A stretch of DNA of 64,000 nt. Origin: Octopus sinensis (taxonomy: Eukaryota). The stretch covers positions 55,056,001-55,120,000 of the forward strand of contig NC_043008.1 in NCBI RefSeq assembly GCF_006345805.1. The letters run 5' to 3'. Within the stretch, counting starts at the first letter, position 1. Each line of letters begins with the position of its first letter. The notes below the pieces were generated by a model, which saw only the letters and a list, made by a program, of their open reading frames with translations, did no database searches and was not told the origin of the DNA. Of the stretch, positions 55,279 through 64,000 are shown piece after piece. The position numbers and the translations under genes were made by a program.

Positions 55279-56829
55279 TTACACACCTTAATTTGACGCC
55301 AAAATTTCTAAACAAAACATTTTGGTATTTTTAATAAAATTTTTTAATAAAATATTTTAATGTAATTTGAAATACTCTTCAAATGTCACACCACATGTGT
55401 TTGTAGTTAATCGGTTTAGATATATCTGATATTAAATACTTGTCTATTTCATGTAATGGAGTATTTAGGCTCTGGTCACCTGAATATCGGCAATTCAGGT
55501 TCGAATCACGATTGAATCCAATTCATTTTTCTCACGTCCCTAATGTTGATTGTTAGGGGGAAATTAAATATTCTCTGTCTTCGTATACGTCACCCTAAAA
55601 TTTTGTGTTTTTTTTTTTTTTTTTTTGGTGGGTGGAAGCTATTCAAGAGAAACATTCAACAATTTTTGATATAATGTGTGAAATTTAAAACTAAGAGAAA
55701 ACCTGTGATAAATAATTTTTTTTCAGGATTAAAACATCCCAACATGTTATAATATTGGTTTCTGTTCGACAAATACCCTATTTATTTGAAGAAGAATTAA
55801 AGGTTGTGGGCAAACATTTTCCCAAGGAATAATAAAATAAAATTGCTTCAACTAAGAAAAAAAAAAATTATTCTCAGATCTATCTACGTTGTTTATTTTT
55901 CACTTGGTTTTCACTATATACTGAGACCTTATGATAAATATATCATTTTATATTAATATAAAATCTATCATATATATCTAAACGTTTTAAACATATTCTC
56001 AAATTTATTTACATCAGTATGTATTTTATATTTCATTAACTCCTTGAAATAAATATAGTTGTATTGTTTTACGCTGGTCCAGTGGCTATATAAAAAATTT
56101 CTAATTAAAGCACAAGTCTAGAAATGTTCAGTGGATGTGGGTTAATCGACAGCACCAATTCTAGTACTTGACTGGTACTTTTATTTATCGACCAGGAGGG
56201 ATAAATAGCAAAACTGACCTCCGCAAAAGTTGAACTAAGAACCTAAGGAAGAAGGAAAACATCGCCCCTGGACACTACAATAGGCCAGTTTCGACTCAAG
56301 TGCAGTTTAGTCGATAAATGACGTGTCAGGTGGGCCGTCTGAAGGCAGTAAAAGTTTCTTCTAAGTGATTAACTCATAGCTGGGCAGACGCGCGCACACG
56401 AACCCGTATCGCATATCCACCTCTGTCAATATTTATTCATAGAGAAAGACAAAGAGATCGATATATATTGGCATTTATATACAGTGATAAATGAATTCGT
56501 AAGTAGTTATAAGCATACACATTTTTGAAAAAAAAACAAAACAAAACTGTACACTGATTACAACACACACACACATTTAGGGACATACAAATAATGTCAG
56601 ATTTTTTTCTCTACGCACGAAAATCACAATTAATGAGGTTTACGTTTAGCTTCTTCGTCGTAACACATAAAACTTATGCGTTCGCAGGCAATTATAGGTA
56701 CACAAACGCATGTATACACACACGTATAGCCTACTAGAAAACAAATGCCATTTGTTTTGGTATAGACCGTATTATAGTAGATGAATTCACATGTCTATAT
56801 TCTAGATTCTCATGCATATACAACCACAC

Positions 56830-56861
<32 letters not shown>

Positions 56862-57525
56862 GTGTGTGTGTGTGTGTGCCAGTATGCAAATTTCCGCATA
56901 TTCTCACATGTATCCATACACTGACAAATCATTATTAGTGTTTGCTTTGGTGTTAGTAGACATACACGTATAGTTATCACACACTTATTGCTGACACATG
57001 TACCCTCTCATAGCCACATACACACATACACGCACAAACACATAGTTAACAGAAGTCTTAGTGGCCTTGGTACCATAGTTAGTAGCTAACGACAGGAAGA
57101 GAACGTCTCGGAGTAATATAGGATACGTATGCACTCACATACACGAAAATATTTACTGGAGATCAATAGATGATGGATCGATAGCTAAATAGATGTATTG
57201 ATAGATAGATCGATGTCTTAGGGAGTTAGAGAACACAAAAAGGAAAATTTAATAACCTTTCTTAAATAGCCCTGCAACGAACAACCAGACCGATACTAAA
57301 AGCAAGTGTAATAACAACGTCAGCAAATAATTAGTACGAAAGTATAATATATATTATATATTTATATATATTACATACTTCTAGCCACTCCATCTATCCA
57401 CGTCCACATCCACATATATACATTCATACATATAGGTTTACACGCTTATCTAATTTTTCTTTTTTTTTTTACTTGTGTCCATCCAACAACATCTGTGTAA
57501 ACGACTCCAAACCAGTGAAAAAAGT

Positions 57526-57697
57526 ATGATCAAGCGAAACGGAGCTGCAATCCGGAATCTACTGATTGCCATAACCTTGGTGTCTTTAATGTATTTTGTC
57601 TATATGTATCATGACATCCAGTCCCGCCTTCGACATTCCGAAATTGTTAGTGAGAAGTTTAAAAGAGACAGAGAATCTTTATCGTCCCAACTCAACG
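57526..57697 (+). CDS. GOLIM4: First coding exon of a GOLIM4 (GPP130)-like type II Golgi membrane protein; partial gene
   Basis: MIKRNGAAIRNLLIAITLVSLMYFVYMYHDIQSRLRHSEIVSEKFKRDRESLSSQLN has a short basic tail, a TM segment and a coiled coil resembling GOLIM4 YYELQTQLRKAEAVALKYQQHQESLSAQLQ (recalled). Phase-1 donor G/gtcagt at 57697/57698. Exon 2 was not found in the window. Confidence 0.75.
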
Positions 57698-59141
57698 GTC
57701 AGTTTTTTTTTTCTTTAAATCTTTTTTTCCTTTATTAGGTTTTATTTTATTTATTGTAGTCTGTTGAAGCATAAACTTCACAACCTTTCTCTTTGTGCTG
57801 AAAATACAAAAGAAAAACAAACGATTTGTATTTCTACCTAAGAATTGCATCGTCACGTTTACACCTCTCTTCCATATATGTGTCTGTGCGCACAAAATCA
57901 AGGTTTGACGCGCAACACACCATTCACACACACACAGTGATTGATCTTAATTCACAACAAATCGCCCATCGCTTACACAAACTTGCTCTTATTTACAACG
58001 CCACATACACGTACCCATGTGCATATTTCACCTATACCCACCCGAGACAAAACGGGATCCTCTACGTGGTCGATCGGCTTGTTAGGAATAACAGCCAAAT
58101 CTCCCACAAATCACACTTTATCGTCTAAGAAATGAATACGTTGAATGATATAAATCCTGGGTTCCCTCTCTGCATGTAGGAAAAAGAACAGAACAGTCGC
58201 GGCAGGACTGTTTTTGATCTTACGCCGCTCGATCAGGGCTGTCCTGGGGCGAATCAGCCATATACACATTTTAGTGAAACCCTTAATTACACTCATAGAC
58301 CCACCTTGCTTTTAATACACGTCGTAATCGCATTTCATTCTAAGTTTTTTTTTCTTCATATGTCTTTAATGACACTCTTTTCGTCTCCGATATGCAAAAC
58401 ACCATGTCTCTTAGAACTAGACCGCGTATCACTTACTACTTGCACACACACGACCTACATAATTGCTCAACCTGCGAGAAATTACGGCCAGATCTCCCTC
58501 GAACCACCCCCTACCGTCGTTAAAGAAGGACGTGTTGATCAATGTAACCATAAATATGCAAAAAAAGCTGGGATGGTCACAACAGAAACGACTTTGATAA
58601 GACGACTGCTCGATCAAGGCTGACTTGCTGCTAAGCAACAACAGTCCTTGTATGCACATATTAACAAGCATGAAAATGTACATAAATACTTCACCATTCA
58701 GCTTGCATGGGAGATTCTTTGATTGTTTCACTTAAAACACATGGTTATGAACACACCACAATGGATAGTATAGGCATATAAACACAAAGACATCTTTTTT
58801 TTTCTTTTCCTAATTTAACACATGGACAGATTGCCCACATCACCGTCTTTCTCTTTTGCCACCTCCACTTCGTATATCACTTAACTTTTTCTCACGTCAA
58901 CACAATTTTGTCAACTTCCACGTGTACTGTAACGACATGAATGCTACCCTTTAATACGCACACACCCATGCATATTGTTATAATGAACTGTTGGTAATAC
59001 AACGTTACTCAAGCGCTTGGATTTTCGTTTCGAATCACATGTGAAACTTGATACTTGTCTATTTTAACAAGTACTTTTGAAACGAAACCCAAGGCTCCTC
59101 AGACATGTATCCTCATAGCTAATAATAATAATAATAATAAT

Positions 59142-59176
<35 letters not shown>

Positions 59177-59407
59177 ATATGATGTATAAAAACATGTAAC
59201 ATACAAATAAATATCTGTAAATATAAAACCATCCGAATTTCTGAGTACCTCATTTCTTCTAATATAAAATACCTGTACATCATCTCCAAACCTTCTAATA
59301 TATATATATATATATGTCCTGTACCCATATATGCATGTATATATACATGTAGAGGTAGGTACGTACATATATGTATGTATATATGCATGTTTTATTTATT
59401 AATTTAT

Positions 59408-59439
<32 letters not shown>

Positions 59440-61210
59440 CACACATACACTTATTTTCATTTTTTACTTTTCTTGTCTGATCTTACATATATCTATCAGC
59501 GAAAAGTTACAAAAGTGTCTTTACAGCCGAGACTTCTGCATAACATGTTAAGCTTTGATGAGTGCCTCGAGTCATTTTCAGTCGATTAAAAATAAATATT
59601 GCTCTGTTTCTCTTTTCGTCCACTAAACCGGTGTGTGTCTGTGTGCGTGTGTAATCTGACATTTTGCATTCAGTAATAATAGTAATCATATATTCACAAA
59701 CCTTACTCTACAGAATACTTCTTGCACCCTTATCCTTCCTCCTTCACCTCTGTAAATATTTCTGTATCGCTGTCATCGCCCTTAATACAGTTTACCAAAT
59801 CTATCAGGTGGTTATTTTCAAGTTCACTGTTTTTCTTGAACTTTCTCAACTGCTCACTTTGTGCTCCTTCTTCGCTCAGTCTTAACTTAATTGTAGATAA
59901 CCAACAGAGTTATTATTCCAAGTCGTGTGTTATTCAAAACTCCTGACCCGTACTGGTTTTGGTTACTTTCATCGAAAGAATGAAGTATGGGTAACACTTG
60001 AGACGAATAGTGATTTCCTTCATTGGTTCAAGGATACAAATTAGAGAAGAGGAGAAAATTTCAATGTAACAATCATCACAAATACAATTTTGATCTTTGG
60101 AGGAATGAGAGACAATGTTGAGATCTTAGAATTCAAACTAAAAAAGTTAAAAGAGAGAGAGAAAGAGTTTCAAATTTTCGCACAAGGCCATCAATTTTAG
60201 GCGGAGGGAACAAATTGATTATCTCGACCCCAATTTTCAACTGGTACTTATTTTATCGATCTCAACGGAATTTGAACCGGAAGGGAAAAGAAGCAAAATG
60301 AAATGAAACTTTTAAACAAATTGCACTCCATTCTCTTTATGAAAGGTGGTATGAAGCTTTACACAATAACCTTTCATGGAATGTGCTCGGAACTCAAGAA
60401 ATGAAGTTCATTCTAAGCTAATCGATCAAGATACTTAGGGAAATCATAAGGTAGCAAACTGACTGAATTGTGAAAGCCTTGGATAAAATGCTTTGCATTC
60501 TTCCCATTTTTTTTGTTCCCCTGCACTCTGACCTCGTATCCTGCCGAAGTGAATTTGTAATTCAATATTGATAACTGAAGCACCAGCCCACTACAACTCC
60601 CTTGTTCTCTCTTTCCAAAGATCCAGACTTCTCACATGGTTTCAAGCTGATCCTGCCTGTTAATTTGATCTGTATATCTACATACAAGGTCGGCCAGATT
60701 GGGCTTCAATTTAAATTTATGCTACTATTTTACTTCTTTTTTTGTTTTTAATTTGGGCTATTTGCTGCTTTAAAGTTAACCTTATTGAATATCATATCGA
60801 ATTAGCTACTAAGTAATCCTTACATATATTCTTGCAATTCACAGCTAAGTGATCCTTATATGTATTTTCACAATCCTTACTAATAGTTTTACAATTAGCA
60901 ATTAAGCAATCCTTATATGTATTCTTGTAATGATCAACTAAACAATCCTTACACATTTTCTTGTAATTAATTAGTAATTAGCAACTTGAAAAGAAAGAAG
61001 AAAAAGGGATCAAAGGTCCTTCCTCAACCATAGGCTCTTGTAAGGCTGGTTTCCCAGATTCTTTGGTATATATACCCTCCCCCACCAGACAAGATGCCAA
61101 TCCATTGCAGAAGTGTTTTGCTCAAAAACACAAAGCTTCGTGTGGTCCTGGAATTGAAACCACAATCTTACAATCACTAAACCATGCACCTCCACGATTT
61201 GTAATTTAGG

Positions 61211-61597
61211 GCCACGGATTGGCTCCTGTGTTGGTGGCATGTAAAAAGCACCATTCAAGCATGATCATTGCCAGCGTTGCCTTACTGGCACATGTGCTGG
61301 TGGCATGTGAAAACCAACATTTGAGCGTAGTCGTTGCCTGTGCTCCTGGACTGGCTCCTGTGCAGGTGGCACTTAAAAAACACCTTTTGAGCATGGTCGT
61401 TGCCAGAACCACCTGACTGGCCCTCTTGCCAGTGGCACATAAAAGCACCCACTACACTCTAGGAGTGCTTGGTGTTAGGAAGGGCATCCAGCTGTAGAAA
61501 CTTGGCTAAATCAGATTGAGCCTGGTGCAGCCTTCTGGCTCACCAGTCCTCAAACGTCCAACCTATGCCAGCATGGAAAGCGGATGATGATGATGAT
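61211..61597 (+). mobile_element. Retroelement 3' region ending in (GAT)n
   Basis: Shares its tail with 51155-51745. Confidence 0.65.
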
Positions 61598-61626
61598 GAA
61601 TATATATATATATGTGTGTGTATCTC

Positions 61627-61662
<36 letters not shown>

Positions 61663-61712
61663 ACTCTCTCTCTGTCCGTCTCTCTCTCACTCTCTGTCTG
61701 TCTGTCTCTCTA

Positions 61713-61759
<47 letters not shown>

Positions 61760-62519
61760 AATTAGCAACTAAATAATGTTTAACTATATTTTTGTAATTT
61801 ACTAGTAACATTAGTGAAATTTTGCAAAAATTAATTTTCAAAGGTGTAAAAAAAAAAAGAAAACAAAGTTTGTCACCATAATCATCATCCTACACCTTTG
61901 AAAAACTTAACTTTGGCAAATTTCATTAAAGGTTTATGAATCATTAAACAAGGTTTTATGGGCGTCAAACTGTAATTATGCTGTAAAGTCTTCAATTTGG
62001 GATACTTTCCTTACATAATATGCTATGTTTTGAAACTTTGTTCTACTTTTCATTGAAATTGATCTGGTAGTCTTTGTGTAGACACTGGACTGGAATTCTT
62101 TGCGAGATATAATTGACAGGAACAGTTTCTGCTGACAGTTGCTAGAAGTTGATCATTACTTTTCCAAATGCTTTACAAACATTAAATCATGTTGTAAATG
62201 ACAACGTTTTGCTGTAGTGAAAACCCCGAGGAAAAGGAACAGAGGAATCTGATAGGTTTGAATCTAGTTGCCTATCTTTGTGGAGTATGGAAACCAGGTC
62301 AAAGTAGACTTGATTTCACCTTGTGCTTAATTAATTTGGCAGAATTTTGGAATAGCTGCATCTCAAAGTCTAATAATACCTTATGGAAAAAAAGAAAAGG
62401 ATAGTATTTTTCTTCTCCTCCTCCACTCTCTTTTTTTTTTTTAGTATTCTTCCTGTGTTTCTGACAATGGAAATTACGATTCTGCAAAAAAAAATATATA
62501 TATATATATTTACTATTTT

Positions 62520-62899
62520 TTTTACTTGTTTCAGTCATTTGACTGCGGCCATGCTGGAGCACCGCCTTTAGTTGAGCAGATCGACCCTGGGACTTATTCT
62601 TTTGTAAGCCCAGTACTTATTCTATCGGTCTCTTTTGCCGAACCGCTAAGTGACGGGGACGTAAACACACCAGCATCAGTTGTCAAGCAATGCTAGGGGG
62701 ACAAACACAGACACACAAACACACATGTACATATATATATATATGACAGGCTTCTTTCAGTTTCTGTCTACCAAATCCACTCGCAAGGAATTGGTTGGCC
62801 CGGGGCTATAGCAGAAGACACTTGCCCAAGATGCCATGCAGTGGGACTGAACCCGGAACCATGTGGTTGGTTAGCAAGCTACTTACCACACAGCCACTC
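62520..62899 (-). mobile_element. SINE family A
   Basis: Match to the other family A copies. Confidence 0.85.
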
Positions 62900-63259
62900 T
62901 ACATTTTTGCTCACTCTCCATTTCTGAGCCCTTATTTTTTCTCATGAGGTATGGGACTTCAAAGGACATATATTATAAAACTCTGCCATTAATTCTTTCT
63001 CCCACTTTAATCACCACAAAGGGGTGAATCTCTTAGGAATGAGAATATTTTTTCTAGTACCCGGAGGGATTGTAGGTTCATAAGAATGCGAGTCCTGTCT
63101 GTGCTGAGAACATTGATCATTTGTTCATTTTCCTTTTACATCCATTTTTCCATGTTAGCATGGATTAGATGAAATTATTGAGGTGTTGTTTTACAATCAG
63201 ATGCCTTTCCTGTCACTTACTTTTACTTGATTTTAGATTAAAAAATTTTATTCCACATA

Positions 63260-63654
63260 GGCGCAGAAGTGGCTGTGTGGTAAGTAGCTTACTTACCAAC
63301 CTCATGGTTCCGGGTTCAGTCCCACTGCGTGGCATCTTGGGCAAGTGTCTTCTGCTATAGCCCCGGGCTGACCAATGCCTTGTGAGTGGATTTGGTAGAC
63401 GGAAACTGAAAGAAGCCTGTCGTATATATGTATGTGTTTGTGTGTCTGTGTTTGTCCCCCCAGCATTGCTTGACAACCGATGCTAGTGTGTTTACGTTCC
63501 CGTCATTTAGCGGTTCGGCAAAAGAGACCGATAGAATAAGTACTGGGCTTACAAAGAATAAGTCCCGGGGTCAATTTGCTCGACTAAAAGGCGGTGCTCC
63601 AGCATGGCCGCAGTCAAATGACTGAAACAAGTAAAAGAGTAAAAGAGTAAAGAG
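63260..63654 (+). mobile_element. SINE family A, followed by a degenerate inverted partial copy at ~63720-63877
   Basis: Match to the other family A copies. Confidence 0.85.
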
Positions 63655-64000
63655 TATGTCTTTGACGGCATAAAGCAGTTTTCAGAGAACTGCAACTGTA
63701 AACAAACCAGACACACACATGCTTCTTTCACTGTCTTTCTATGAAATCTACTCACAAGTCTATGGTCAGTTTCTGGCTATAATAGAAAGCACTTGCCCAA
63801 GCTGCTGCACAGTAGGACTGAACCTCAAACCACATGGTTGAGAAGCAAGCTTTTTAACCACACAGCCATGCCTGTGCCTTTGTATTTAATTTTTACCAGT
63901 TCATAGTCATGCATCTTATATTAAATTACTGTTTCGGTTTTAAACTTTAAATCATTTTTTTCACAAGTTCCTAGAGATATCATCATCATACGAGAGGTTC

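Noticed and set aside
59730-59910. ~60-codon purine-rich open frame on the minus strand (LSEEGAQSEQLRKFKK..)
   Set aside because: No start codon, no clear splice sites, and no recognisable homology.
57698-64000. Further GOLIM4 exons (expected VVYEH-like start)
   Set aside because: Searched by eye and not found; presumably beyond the window.

Overview
AT-rich, microsatellite- and SINE-dense eukaryotic DNA. The repeat families look like those of octopus/coleoid cephalopods; this is inferred from repeat content and not verified. The key content is a tandem pair of intronless minus-strand genes encoding divergent HAP2/GCS1 (class II fusexin, gamete fusogen) homologues. Copy 1 (3673..25953) is a single 22.3-kb open frame of 7426 aa from the first true ATG. 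It has a HAP2 ectodomain, a multi-segment membrane anchor and a ~6800-aa Ser/Arg/Glu-rich tail built from hierarchical 17-aa, 51-aa and 52-aa tandem repeats. Copy 2 (43720..46115) has the same ectodomain and anchor but only a short tail, and is broken by one 1-bp deletion. Both copies lack almost all of the cd-loop segment that carries the fusion loops in characterised HAP2 proteins. They share a ~98% identical promoter/5' tract despite strongly diverged coding regions. The rest of the window holds RTE, CR1 and Dong/R4-like LINE relics, several SINE families, at least two Merlin-like MITE families with 8-bp TSDs, several hairpin elements, and the first coding exon of a GOLIM4-like gene on the plus strand. 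No tools were run; comparisons to known proteins are from memory and need confirming by alignment.
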